Source of the DNA: Eledone cirrhosa
Taxonomy: Eukaryota
Assembly: GCA_964016885.1 (NCBI GenBank)
Contig: OZ024741.1
Span: 369,954,001-370,018,000 of the forward strand
DNA: 64,000 nt
Reading direction: 5' to 3'
A program made the translations under genes and the position numbers. The notes beneath the pieces are model-generated. The model ran no database searches, had not been told where the DNA came from, and saw nothing but the letters and a program-made list of their open reading frames with translations. Below, piece after piece: positions 43,835-57,950 of this stretch. The first letter of the stretch is position 1, and the number at the start of each line of letters is the position of its first letter.

Positions 43835-43906
43835 GGTGTTGGATGCTTAAAGCCTCCGTATGTGGTAAGCCGTATGAGCACTCGATGCCCTTATAGAGCA
43901 GAGTAT

Positions 43907-44335
43907 GATATCACAGAAAAAAGATAATCAGTGTTGCGACGAAAGGAATTTATTGGATATATTACAATTGTTTCTCGGGCGACCAGCTCGAGGCACGATC
44001 GATGTGGTGATCAAATCTGACTCTGAAATCATCCGGTCCTCGGATACGTCTCGATTCTACGAAGCAGATTTTCGTATAGGAAATCCAGCGTTCTAAGATT
44101 CTTCACAGCTGTGTGTTTGTATCACTAGAGTGAGTGAGCGGGAAGGAACCAACCAACCAACCTATAGGAAAAATCTGCTTCGTAGAATCGAGACGTATCC
44201 GAGGACCTCGCGATTTCAGAGTCAGGTTTGATCACCATATCGATCGTGCCTCGAGCTGGTCGCCCGAGAAACAATTGTAATATGTCTAATAAATTCCCTT
44301 CGTCGCAACACTGATTCTCATTTTTCTGTGATATA
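43907..44335. mobile_element. Family J fold-back (about 170-bp arms) with HHR 3' half GAAACAATTGTA
   Basis: Arms 43907-44080 and 44163-44335. Confidence 0.8.
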
Positions 44336-44544
44336 TATATATCAAACTATGGGCAAAAACGACGAAAACAACATTAATGTATGTCAATATCTAGTAACTA
44401 ATTTCTATTAGCTGCTGGCGCATTAGAATGAATGATGCTACGATATAAAAAACTGAAATCGTGTTGATTCTCAGCGGATAGCTGATGATAAAGTATGTTT
44501 CTGTTTGTCCATTTTGCTCCGAATTTGACATATATAGATATACA

Positions 44545-44580
44545 CTAGCAGAATGGCTCGGCGTTGCTCTGGATTTGCTC
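44545..44580 (-). mobile_element. Helitron-like 3' terminus
   Basis: Minus strand GAGCAACGCCGAGCCATTCTGCTAG followed by T. Confidence 0.55.
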
Positions 44581-45143
44581 TAGGGTTCTTATATATTTGA
44601 TATATATTTATCCATATCGAGCCTCGTGAAATAAATACGTTTGTTTATATTTTGTTTATTGTGTATGCAAAAATATCTGTACACGAATATATAATTATAT
44701 ATATATAACAGTACAGAGAAGTACGGAATACCCCCGCCTCGGGATGGTGTCTACATTTTGTTCTTATAAGAAAAATTCGTCATAGATTACCAGGGTTTTT
44801 TTTTTCATGCGAAGAAAATCAATACTTTATCACGAAATAAATACTTTTGTTTATATTTTGTTATTGTGTATGCAAAAATGATATATATTTATCCTTATCC
44901 AGCCTCGTGAAATAAATACGTTTCTTTATATTTTGTTATTGTGTATGTAAAAATATCTGTACACGAACATATAATTATATATATATATATAGTATAAAAT
45001 ATAAAAGAGAAAACACAGGTAAGCATTAAGAGACGGATTTTATCCAGGTATTTACGACTGTTTCATTGGTAAGTGCAACCTTATATTGCTATACTGCAAT
45101 TATAATTGTTGTTCACAATGGAATTATTGTCAAAGCGGACAAA

Positions 45144-47078
45144 ATGGAATTATTGTCAAAGCGGACAAAACCTCAAATGTGTATACGATGGATGTTAATA
45201 CATACAATAGCTTCATACGGAAAGAATTACACTTAGGCGATGTACCCCCACATTTAATCTCAAGGACAACAAGGTAAATTTTGATTATAACCCCACAATT
45301 AGACTTATATGCCCGTCCAGATCGGACATCGGGAAAATTAGTAAACATATATTAGACAGAGTGATAGCACAAATGAAGAATAAACTAGTGATTAAACTAT
45401 GGGGTAACGCTACCGAAACAATTAAGTGGTTTAACAATATAGCTAACAAAAAAGTATCTAAATTTATACAATTTGACAACATTAACGACTATTACTCCTC
45501 TATATCCTCCAACACCTTGGATAAAGCCTTAGCATTCGCCAAAGCCAATTCTGACCTAACAGACGACGAGATAAAAATCATATTAGCTGCTAGGAAAACA
45601 ATAATTAAATTTGAAAACGCCTATTGGGAACGTAAGGATAGATTAAATAACTTCACGATGGGGGCTAACCACTCGGCTCAAGTCACAGATTTAGTAGGTA
45701 TTTACATAGCCCATAGTTTACAGAGTGAGTTTAGTGATCTTCACGGTGGAATCTACAGAGACGACACTCTTCTCCTAGTTAAGAACCTAAATAACCAGAG
45801 CATAGAAAGACTTCGTAAGAATATTAGAAAGACTCTCGGGAAACTAGGCCTTAGCATAACGTATGAGTATAGCACTAAAACAGTTAACTTTCTAGACGCG
45901 ACGCTTAACCTAAATACGGGACTTATAAGACATTTTCACAAGATTAATGAAAACTTAGCATACATCAACTGTAACTCAAACCACCCACTATCCATAATTA
46001 AATCCATTCCACGTAGCATATCCCTTAGGATCTCCCGCCTCTCGTCTAACCGACAAATCTTCGAGGAACATGCAGAATACTACAATACCGCATTAGACAA
46101 GGCAGGCCACTTAAATAGAGTAGAATATATAGATGAAAGCCTCCGTAAAGGGCACACGAACACGCATAACACAAACTCCAGAAACACACGCACACACGCA
46201 CACACGCACTTACGCATAGAACTACAAAGTATACGGTAAATAAAAATACAACATCGAAATCAAACAAGTCACGCAGTAGGAAATATATTTGGTATAACCC
46301 CATATTTAGCACCTCTATTAGTACTAACCTACCCTCTACCTTCTTTAGAATAATAAATAAGCACTTTCCAGATTCATACAGATACAGCAAAATCCTTAAC
46401 ACTAAATCTATTAGACTATCTTACTCCACTGCACCAAATATAGAGGCACACATTAAGATGCTTAACGCTAAAAAGATACATAACAACACCAGAACACAAA
46501 TTTACAACAATAACAATACAATCACCATTGAACACAACAGAATATCTAATACACAACCACCCACTAATAGGCAAACAAAACGTAACACACTTGTCCAGGC
46601 ATCGCAGCCCACCAATAATGCCAAAGTTGCCCATGACAAGAATTGTAACTGCCACCTACCTGAAACCTGTCAATTACATAATGAATGTATGCAGTCTAAC
46701 CTGGTTTACCAATGCACAGTGTAATCAGACAACCAGAAATGGTATTACATCGGAGCGACTGGGAATACATTTAAAGCCCGTTGGTATACACACCGTTACG
46801 TAATGAAACATTCCCAGCATCGTTATATAACTACCCTTGCAAACAAGACCTGGCAACTGAGGGAAAGTAACCATCAATACACCCTGAAGTGGAAAACATT
46901 ATCGAACGCGACCCCATATCGGAGTGGTATGAGAAGCTGTCGATTATGTGACCTTGAGCTGTTCCACATTTTGAGTTCGAAGAATAAGTTACTCAACAAT
47001 AAAATCGAAAGATAAATTTATTGTAACCATAGACTCAAAGAAAAGTTTTCGCACTACAAGTGCAAATCGAACCCTTAA
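45144..47078 (+). pseudogene. PLE reverse transcriptase + GIY-YIG endonuclease ORF, disrupted
   Basis: IVKADKT; FIQFD..DYYSSI; TMG; GIYRDD; VNFLD.TLNL; YIN..SNHP; then CNC....C....C...NLVY....YYIG.T...FK.R, CRLC..E; contains frameshifts and stops. Confidence 0.9.
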
Positions 47079-47626
47079 TCTCTTACTACCAACTGACAAA
47101 CTGCATATACTTAGACTTTATACCCTCTTGTTGTATCTAAACCCTTTTAATTACCCACAAAACCCAATACCTATATCCCTCCCTACTCCTTCATTCCTCT
47201 TCTATTTCTTCGTTTTCTTCCTTCCTTCCCCTTTTTGGCTATCTTTTCTTTTCTTCTTTCTCCCCCCTTCTTTGCTTTTATTTTTGTCATTATTATCTTT
47301 ATCGTTATTTTTTTATATATATATATTTATCTCTTTATATCTCCCTCCTCTCTCTCTCTCTCTCTCTATCCATCCCTCCCACTATGATCAATTTAATTCT
47401 CTTTAACTCACTACATTCCACGACATGAAGTCTACATATCAAAACTGATCAAGAAATCCTTCCACCTCTAGCCCTCCCTCCATCTCAGTTTGTCACTCTA
47501 CTTCCTAACTCTTCCCCCTTCCTCTCTCTCTATACTATTCCGTTTGTCCCCTCACCTTCTAGTAAATACTCCAAAAAAATGTTTTTCTCTATATATTAAG
47601 AACTATTTCAAGAGTAACTTACTCAC

Positions 47627-47728
47627 TATTTTGAAAATTTGGACTGTGAACAACAATTATAATTGAGTGGCTGCTATTTGCAGTATAGCAATATAAGGTT
47701 GCACTTACCAATGAAACGGTCGTAAATA
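47627..47728 (+). ncRNA. Putative pLTR HHR with U3-A8 core (UUGAAAA) and long stem II
   Basis: UAUU UUGAAAA U UUGG ... CCAA U GAAA CGGUCG UA AAUA. Confidence 0.55.
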
Positions 47729-47917
47729 CCTGGATAAAATCCTTCTCTTAATGCTTACCTGTGTTTTCTCTTTTATATTTTATACTTTATACTCCAAGAT
47801 TGATCGGAATTCTTACAAACTTGTGGAGTTACCCCTAATCGTACGTTGAAACCATCCATGAAACTGGCTTTCTTAACCACGAACTAGATCACAATAAGCA
47901 ATTTTCTGCTTCCCTAG

Positions 47918-47952
<35 letters not shown>

Positions 47953-48469
47953 TAACCGATTAAAGTTTAAGCAAAGAATCGCTGCTTTCACCCTTAACGG
48001 GATCTTCTGAAACTAAAATTAAAAAAATCAATCTGTGAACGCAGATCTAAATATTTCGAAAACGTTGCAACAAAAGAAAACAGGAAGACGATACTTTGGT
48101 TCGTGAAGATGTTCCCTGACATAAGAATATATATATATACACAACACACACACAAAAACAAGAATGCGTAGGACAGAACAAAGGAGAGGCACAAAAACAA
48201 AGAAAAGAATCCCCAGTCACTGAAGAGGTCACAGAATGTGTGACGAAAGAAGTTTGACAATATATAAACAATCATCTGGTTGTGGAACCAACCAACCGGA
48301 AATTTATAAATTCCTAAATTTATAAATTTATTATAATAAATTGAAGTGAAAGCAACTGGTGCGTGTGTTTCTTATTGGCAACATGACCCTCCCAAAGTAT
48401 AACAATATCGGTTTCAACACACGTTTTAAGATAAAGAATCTTGCTAAACAAATTCAGAAACGAAATATA

Positions 48470-48560
<91 letters not shown>

Positions 48561-48689
48561 GATCGCGTCATAATGACATAATGCAGGCAGTCAGGCATAC
48601 AGACAGATATTATAAAGGCGTGACGTAGTATCTATGTATCTATCTAAAAAGAGAAAGACTAAGAGAGAGAGAGAGAGAGAAAGAGATCG

Positions 48690-48872
48690 CTAAATCGCCT
48701 AATGCGGTCCCTAGTGCATTGAAAATTTGAAATTTTATTTGCTCAGAACACTCAATAGGACCATAAGTATAACATGTGTAAAGTTTGAAAACAATCGGTT
48801 GGGTGCTTCTCGAGTTTTAGTGATTGTACAGACATACAAACAAACAGACATTCTCTGTTTTAGTAATATAGA
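48690..48872 (-). mobile_element. Non-autonomous Helitron-like 5' portion
   Basis: Minus strand A|TCTATATTACTAAAA...GTCTGTTTGTTTG...CAACCGATT...CAAACTTT. Confidence 0.6.
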
Positions 48873-48904
48873 TAATTCCTATTAGCCGACGCTCTCTCTC
48901 TCTC

Positions 48905-48974
<70 letters not shown>

Positions 48975-49320
48975 AACTAAGGAAGTTCTGATTCATGTTA
49001 ATAATAATAATAATAATAATAAAAATAATAATAATAATAATAAGAAGAAGAAGCAGCAGCAGCAGCAGCAGGAGGAGGAGGTATGAGTCATTGGCCAGTG
49101 CCACAGATTGATGTGATGGGTGGTGTTGTGATTACACAAAACTGCATGGAGTAAGGGTAAAGGTGTTAGATAACATGGCAGCCCCACCCCCAGGGAATAA
49201 CGCACACAGCTGTATGTTGTAAGCCAATGAAACTAAGGCAGATACACTATTTATATAACCAGTATTGAATTAAATGAATGTGTGTATATATGAGTATCTA
49301 TGTAAATATATATATACATA

Positions 49321-49384
<64 letters not shown>

Positions 49385-50149
49385 TACACACACACACACA
49401 CATATATATATACATAGATATAAGTGTGTATATATATGCATGTATATATATATATATATGTGGGTGTATGTGTGCGTGTGTGTGTGCGCGCGCGTGTGTG
49501 TGTATGTGTGTGTGTGTCTGTGTGTGTATAATATCCTGTGTTTCCCAGTACGTTTTGATCCCTCGTCCACCCGTTTTACGCTAAATATGTTTGTAATCAC
49601 TTCAACACCTGCAGTTCGTGTGGTTAAGTCCATCAAGTTCACATCTTGAGTGTTATTGACCGAAATAGAAGTCACGTGGGTTGTGGGTATGTGTGTGGAG
49701 GAGAGGGTGTGTGGGTGTATTCGTTCATTGAAAAAAGACCTTGAAAAAGAAAGTAAGTGGAGATGTTGCTTGTGAAGAAGCGTGGCTTATGTGTAAGCTG
49801 TAAGCTGTTCCACACTCGATCGTAAGGCGGTGCGTTGTAATCTTTGGTATATGCATGTATGTTCTTTTAACCCCTGAAGAAGTCGTAGAGGCATCGTATT
49901 GACATACGGCTTGTCTTGGCCATTTTAAAACCTGGCGGCCCATCTCTTCTCTAGGTCTGAGTACAGCCAATTTCTTTCAGAGAAGAATAGAGAGTGAGAG
50001 AATGGAAGTGAGAAAGAGATATAGAAGAAGAATCAACCCCAGTACTTGGCAGGCCATTTTTTTTATCGAACTCGAGTGGATTAAAGGCAAAATTGAAACT
50101 GCACTTTTTGAACTCATAGAGCAGAGAGCTGAAACGCATACCGCAAAAC

Positions 50150-50183
<34 letters not shown>

Positions 50184-50214
50184 GTATGTATATATATATG
50201 TATATATATATATG

Positions 50215-50298
<84 letters not shown>

Positions 50299-50634
50299 AA
50301 TCTACCAAAAAGTACGGTAGTGTCCAATCCGTATGAAGAACTCAATATAATCCAAATATCATGAAAAGAGATGTATTCAAAAAATTTTTTCGATGAAAAA
50401 CACAGGAAAACAGAGTCAAGATAAATTAATAAAAATAATGAATAAAAACAAAGAAACAGCTCCTTATATTAAAAAATTCATCATTTTACGATCGTTTCTA
50501 GGGTATATATGTGTGTGTTGATATGTATATCATATAGATCTATGTAAAATGTTTACAAACTATCAGAGGTCTGTTTGGGACCAAACAGACCTATTATATT
50601 AAATCTTTGTTGGTTTTTTTCAATAAACAAATAT

Positions 50635-50770
50635 CATTATTTCTGAAGACAACATATATATGTGTAGGTATGTATATTCCCTCTGATAGTTTGTAAACAT
50701 TTTACATAGATCTATATGATATACATACCAACACACACATATATATCCTAGAAACGATCGTAAAATGATG
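50635..50770 (+). ncRNA. Type I HHR with about 100-nt stem II domain, family O
   Basis: CAUUAUUU CUGAAGA ... GAAA CGAUCG UA AAAUGAUG; 8-bp stem I; palindromic stem III ACGAUCGU; insert pairs ATATATATGTGT/ACACATATATAT. Confidence 0.7.
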
Positions 50771-50822
50771 AATTTTTTAATATAAGGAACTGTTTCTTTG
50801 TTTTTATTCATTATTTTTATTA

Positions 50823-50894
<72 letters not shown>

Positions 50895-50915
50895 GTATAT
50901 ATATATATATGTATA

Positions 50916-51039
<124 letters not shown>

Positions 51040-51317
51040 CGTATATTTGTGTGTATGTGTTATATATATATATATATATATATAACACACACATACACAC
51101 AAACACACGACAGCTTTGGGGCAAGCAGAATTTTGACTGCTTACTAAATCGTAGACACATAAAAAGATAACACACACTAGATAACACTACGTGTGGCTTT
51201 GACCGGGAGGTTCATTTAGAGGGAATTGGTGGGGGGGGGGGGGGTAAGACTGCACAGCCCCACTTTCCGCCATGGCGATTGGACTGCATGCCCTGCTTTC
51301 CAGATTACCCTTCGCCA

Positions 51318-51369
<52 letters not shown>

Positions 51370-51582
51370 AGTGTGTGTGTGTGTGTGTGTGTGTATGAAT
51401 GTATGTAGGTATGTATGCCCCCAGTTGTTGTCAAAACACCTTTCTAAGAGAGAGACTCTCTGAAAAAAAAAACCCAAAAAACCTGTGACCTCGGAAGCAT
51501 CCGATTATGTGACATACCCATTGTAAGCTAACGCTGGAGGTTTATACTTTGGGTATGTTACTATCTTATACATCAAATATTG

Positions 51583-51642
51583 TATTTTATCTGATGAAAG
51601 TATACTATAATTTGGTATCCTTGAAATATGTATAATAAAATA
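51583..51642 (+). ncRNA. Type I HHR in a TA-anchored element
   Basis: AUUUUAU CUGAUGA AAG..UAC...GUA..CUU GAAA UAUGUA UA AUAAAAU. Confidence 0.7.
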
Positions 51643-51668
51643 AATATTATGCTATTGTGATAGGAATC

Positions 51669-51789
<121 letters not shown>

Positions 51790-51829
51790 TAATTCCTTTG
51801 AAATTTTGGTCTCATTATGCATTTCATAG

Positions 51830-52610
51830 TCGTTCCATAATCAATGGGAAGAATCCCAAGTATTAGAAATCGCTAACATATCTTAGCAATGATGAGAACT
51901 CAAATGTATCTCTCGATGACGAGATAATCAATCATATAGGGAAAGCCATGGGTGCATTTTGGCAAACTCCGTCATCATCTTTGGATTCAGGACATAAACC
52001 TGGACACCAAGATATAGGTTTATATAGTTGCTACACTCTTATATATATTGGACCCCCATATAGTTCACATATCAACCAATTAGACGTCTTTTATAAAGGT
52101 TACCTTCGGGCAATCTGTTGGTATATAGACAAAATATCTAACACTGACCTCTTCAGTAAGTGCAATAATGGAGGCATTGAGTCATTTCTTATGAAATCAC
52201 AACTACGCTGAGCTGCTCACGTCTTTGGAATGAGTGACAAGAAATACCAAAAGTCCTCATGTACAGCCACCTTGAAGGTGGATATAGAAATGTTGGACGG
52301 CCACAGCTCAGATACAAAGACAAGCTAAAGAGTAACTTTTCAACAATCAATATACCTTATAATAGATTTGAGCAAGTGGCTTTAGAACGGAAGGATTGGA
52401 GATATGTGTCATAATGGGATCAGGAACTTCGGGTCTGGTTGCCTCAATCAGCTACAAGAAAACCAGCAAAATTGTCCAGTAGTCCTCCTCACCCTTGCAT
52501 GACCTGTGAACTTGCTTACAGATATTTCGCACGACTAAAATGTCATGCCCAATGAAAACATCCAAAATAAATAGGATTCCCATACACCGAAATAATCCAC
52601 GGGAGAGTCC
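51830..52610 (+). mobile_element. RTE-BovB-like LINE 3' fragment (decayed)
   Basis: SLDDEIINHIGKA.GAF; DKISNTD; IESFLMKSQLR; GYRNVGRPQLRYKDKLK; A.ERKDWR. Confidence 0.8.
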
Positions 52611-52612
52611 AT

Positions 52613-52697
<85 letters not shown>

Positions 52698-52699
52698 GT

Positions 52700-54688
52700 A
52701 TCAAACTATACCAATCTTTTCGTTGGCCATGTTGAGGCCCAAATCTTTGCCCAGTACACCGGCCCCACGCCCGAACTGTACGGTCGTTACATCGACGACT
52801 GTATCGGAGCCACGACCCTCACCCGAGAACAGCTCGACTCCTTTCTCTCCTTCTTCTGCTCCTTCCACCCTCTCCCTCCACTTCACCACCTATATCTCCA
52901 CCACCCACGTCCACTTCTTAGACATCTCCGTCGCCATCGACCCCTCCCACCACTCCCTCGTCACCTCCGCCTTCTTCAAACCCACCGACTCCCACACCTA
53001 CCTCGACTTCACCCCCTCCCACCCTACACACACTAAACACTCTATTCCCTACTCCCAACTCCTCAGTATCTGCCGCCTCTGCAGCCGAGATGCTGACTTT
53101 GAGTCCCAGGCCCTTTCCCTAGTCAGCCATTTCATCCGCAGAGGTTACCTCCTTCCCTCGTCCACACCGCCCTCATTCGCACCCGTGTTGTCCACCGCTC
53201 CACCACTCTCACCCCACGCCACCGCACACCCACCCACCGTCTCCCCTTCCCCATCACCAACCACTTTGGCTCCCCTGGATATTCCGCGCAACACCTCACA
53301 GTCTGTGGCCTACTCCAATGCCACGAAACACCACTAACCCTCATCCACACATCCACTTCAACCACCCCACAACTAATACCACTAACATCCCCCCGACTCC
53401 ATGCATACGAACACACACACCAACCCACACCCACTTACACCACCCACTCTACACACCCTACCACCACTGACCCCCACTAACACACCCGCATTCAAACCAT
53501 TCCCCACCACCAGTATACTAACACCCACTAACACGCCCTTCACCATACACACACTCATCCAAACACGCACACACACACCAGTACACTACACTCCTTCCAC
53601 CGTCCCCCACACCTTTTCTCTCCCTCTCCCCGCTCCACCCACACACCTTCACATACACACATCCCACTAATACCTCTACTAATACACACCTCATCCCCCC
53701 GCATGACCCCCTCCCACTCTACCTTTCACACCTACCCATCCACTCCCCTGTCCACCGCACCTCCGCACACACTGACACACTGACTTTCTCCACCTGCCAT
53801 TCTCCTCTACTGCTGCTATGCCTTGACCCTCTGACCACTTCTCCGCACACACAGACACACAGTTCTCTCCACCTGTCATTCGCCTCTGCCCTCATCATGC
53901 CTTGATCCTCTGACCACTTCCTGTTGCGCGCACACCCCATATCTTCCTTCTTCCGACTACCACAACCACGGATTACACACCAGTGGCCATCGTTCCCACT
54001 ACCTTCTACATATCGTGGAAAATATCCGGCAGCTCTTCACACCCTCTACGAAACTACCTTAGGAACTTACCCATGGACATACACTCACAAACATTTTTTT
54101 CGAACCACGCCACCTACATCCACAAAACGTATAAACACCAACAAACACGTGCGTACGCCCACATATATACACACTCAGCTCCGGAAACCTCTCCCCCCTC
54201 CCCACCCCTCGGACCCCTTCCCATCCACACGCACGCACATACCGACCTAAACCCCACCCCCCACACACACACCTTTTCCTGAAAATGGAACCTCATTCTT
54301 CCCCCAACTCTCACATTCACATACACACACACACACACGTACACCTACACACATACACCACCTTTAGTCCTCCCCGCTCGGACACCCCGCCTCCCTCTCC
54401 TTAATCCACCCGCCACCACCCCTACACGCCCCACACCCTTCCACCACTTGTTTATCTTCATGTTTATTTTAATTTTTTAAATTTTTATTTGTACCCCTTT
54501 CACCGCCCCCCCCCCCTTTTCTAAATCTCTCTCCTCCACTCCCCTGCACACCCTCGGAACTCTCTTCCCACCCACTTTACGCCTGAAGAAGGGCCTATGC
54601 CCGAAACGTCGTCTCCCCCACTCTCAAGAGCGTGAAACTAATAAACCTTTGTTTGTACTGCCTCTCTGTTTTGTTCCCGTTCCATTTT

Positions 54689-54693
<5 letters not shown>
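52700..54693 (+). mobile_element. Penelope-like element (Neptune-like), 5'-truncated and decayed, between (TA)n tracts
   Basis: NLFVGHVEAQ..YGRYIDDC (from 52713), frameshift, VHFLDI..KPTDSHTYLDF..SHP.H.K.SIPYSQLL..CRLCS; HHR-like motif in the 3' end. Confidence 0.85.
54579..54613 (+). ncRNA. pLTR HHR-like motif of the Neptune-like PLE
   Basis: CUGAAGA A GGGC cuau GCCC GAAAC GUC GUC; stem I partner not immediately adjacent. Confidence 0.6.
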
Positions 54694-54769
<76 letters not shown>

Positions 54770-54771
54770 AC

Positions 54772-54803
<32 letters not shown>

Positions 54804-54820
54804 GCACATATATATGTATA

Positions 54821-54885
<65 letters not shown>

Positions 54886-55002
54886 GCATTGTTTTGGCTT
54901 TACAAATTCAAACGTTTATAAATATATATATATAAGTATGTATGTATGTATATATGTATATATATATATATATGTGTGTATATATATATATGTATGTATA
55001 TA

Positions 55003-55060
<58 letters not shown>

Positions 55061-55154
55061 TATATACATACATATATATATATATATCTACACACATATA
55101 TATATATACATACATACATACATACATACATACATACATACATACATACATACA

Positions 55155-55190
<36 letters not shown>

Positions 55191-55197
55191 TATATTT

Positions 55198-55563
55198 ATA
55201 AACATTTGAATTTGTAAAGCCAAAAGAATGCAGGTATGGACATAGAATAAAAAATGCAAATGCAAAAGATAGTGTTGACAATTAGTCTTTTACCTTAGAT
55301 TTATTTAAATGTCCTTAATTTAGGAGATAATATCTCTTCTTTGGAGGGAAGTAAAGCGGTTAAACCAGTGTTCTAACAAGCTATTTAGAACACTGGTTTA
55401 ACCGCTTTACTTCCCTCCGAAGAAGAGATATTATCTCGAAAATTAAGGTCATTTAAATAAATGTAAGATAAAAGACTAATTGTCAACAATATCTTTTGCA
55501 TTTGCATTTTTTATTCTGTGTCCATACCTGCATTGTTTTGGCTTTACAAATTCAAACGTTTAT
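55198..55563. mobile_element. Family P fold-back (about 180-bp arms); 3' tip also at 54883-54920
   Basis: Inverted repeat centred near 55380; arms differ at several positions. Confidence 0.85.
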
Positions 55564-55604
55564 ACCTCATTACACAATGCTTCAAGTGAACTATAATTTC
55601 CTCC

Positions 55605-55635
<31 letters not shown>

Positions 55636-55771
55636 TGTATGTATGTATGTATGTATGTATGTATGTATGTATGTATGTATGTATGTATGTATATATATGT
55701 GTATGTATATATATGTATATATATATATACACATATATATATATATATGTAAGTATATATGTATATATATA

Positions 55772-55830
<59 letters not shown>

Positions 55831-55841
55831 ATATATATGTG

Positions 55842-55955
<114 letters not shown>

Positions 55956-56497
55956 CATATACATATATATACACACACATATATATATATACATATATAC
56001 ATACACACATATATATATACACACACATATATATATACATATATATATACATATATACATACATATATATATATACATATATATATATACATACACATAA
56101 AAATGGTAACTGATCCCATTAAAACTCAAAGTGTGTTTGGACAAATTCCTCCAAAGAACAAACCCCTTACACCAAAATATAATTCCGAAAGCAATAACTC
56201 TCTACTTGAGTGGGCCATGGTGTCCAAAAGATGACTGAGGTGTGAATCATAATTTGAAAGACTTTGCCAGGTGGAGCTATTAAGTCAGTATTGGCCAAGG
56301 TCATGTCTAACTTAATAACCTAGCCTGGCAAAGTTTTGTGAGAGAGGGGGGGGGGCAGAGATAGAGAGATATAGAAAGGGAGAGAGAAAGAAACAATAAA
56401 GAGAGGGAGAAATAGATAGATAGTTAGAGAGAGAGAGGGAGAGATAAATAGATAGACAGAGAGAGAGAGGGAGAGATAGATATATAGACAGAGAGAT

Positions 56498-56555
<58 letters not shown>

Positions 56556-57163
56556 TGTGGGGAAAGCCGGTATAAAGTTAGAAATAAAGTAGTGAAGGTT
56601 AGAATCAAGTAAAATAAAACTAAACAACAGTTCTATGTATGTATTCCTTAGCTGAGTCATATGTTTAAAATATTTTAGTGAGGGCTAGCTCTCGTCACTT
56701 ATGTAATACCGAGGAAAGGAAGTAACACGTACAACCTCTCCCCCATATCCATGCACATGAACATTCAGAGAGAAGGACACAAACACACCATACGCAGCTC
56801 ACACACACATGTAATATGTAAGTGTATGTTTGTGTAAATTATACATGCATGTATACATACATAGAGATATAAACATTATATGTATATAATATATATACAT
56901 GTATATACACATATATCGATATAAATACTATGTATATATGTATATCATATATATACATATAACAAAGAGGGTGTGGTAAGATACCAGGTGGACCATAATG
57001 CACCAGAGAACTCAATACTTAGGGTAGTAGAGTGGGTAATATGATAAGAGTCAGCCCCCCGACGGCTGAGCTCCGGCCGTTTCGACAGCTAGATGCGAAA
57101 GAGTTCGGATTTAGCTGTCGAAACGACCGGAGCTCAGCCGTCGGGGTCTTGATTCTTTTCATA

Positions 57164-57667
57164 TCTATATATATAAAGTTGTAGTTCCTGTCTGTTTGTT
57201 TGTTCACGAACTCCTCCTATAGTTTTGGAGATAGACCCCCATAACCATATATATTCTGAAACTACATTGCCCGGGGTACTTGGATAAGTATATTTTAATC
57301 ATTTTAATCAAAGGGTTCCTCTGGGGCACAAACCCCCGCTGAAAATCCACACTGAAATCTTTTTCCCTTCGGTTTATACGAAATTTAAACCATAGGTAAA
57401 TGACAAGATATGATGCCTATTCACAAAAGTTTTGAATTGATATTTTGAAAAAAAAAAGAAGCATAAGAAAAGGATTTAATAATATAATTTTGATTTGATA
57501 TATTACAAAAAATAATGTTTTCCAATTTTTTATGCATTACATTTTACATTGAGTAATATTGAAATGTTTTCTCCATAAATTATATTACTGATTTAAAATC
57601 AATCATCATGTTCTTACAAAAAAATAAAAATGTGTGAAACGCAGCAAGGCGCGGGTAATTCGGCTAG
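57164..57667 (+). mobile_element. Non-autonomous Helitron
   Basis: A|TCTATATATATAAAG...CTGTCTGTTTGTTTG start; GC-rich subterminal hairpin-like segment and CTAG|T end. Confidence 0.75.
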
Positions 57668-57668
57668 T

Positions 57669-57705
<37 letters not shown>

Positions 57706-57786
57706 CGTGTGTGCGTGTAGGGCGAAGGTGGGTGCATAGAATTCTTGTTTTAGTACCTCCACCAATAATTCACTGAATCACTTACA

Positions 57787-57829
<43 letters not shown>

Positions 57830-57915
57830 AAAGGTAAACAGAAATAACAACACAACCGGTACAGTATATGGAAGGGATATATTAGGTTAACGCTTGATAT
57901 AGAAGGAAGAGGGTC

Positions 57916-57950
57916 TTCAAGTTTCGGACGCTAGTCCTTCATCAGAAGAA
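57916..57950 (-). ncRNA. HHR-like motif in a PLE-like 3' end (about 57829-58300)
   Basis: Minus strand CUU CUGAUGA A GGAC uagc GUCC GAAAC UUG AAG; cleavage triplet appears mutated. Confidence 0.6.

Larger units (their letters stand above)
44991..47920 (+). mobile_element. Penelope-like element (Nematis-like), 5'-truncated, with inverted pLTR segment at its 5' end
   Basis: 44991-45116 is the reverse complement of about 47645-47786; flanked by (TA)n on both sides; RT and GIY-YIG remnants inside. Confidence 0.9.

Noticed and set aside
53760-53990. GIY-YIG domain of the Neptune-like PLE
   Set aside because: Only a vague SDHFSAH-like remnant in a locally duplicated segment; too decayed to call
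55414-55455. HHR-like CCGAAGAA-GAGATA-T-TATCTC-GAAA in family P
   Set aside because: No stem I pairing, and the mirror arm lacks both core boxes
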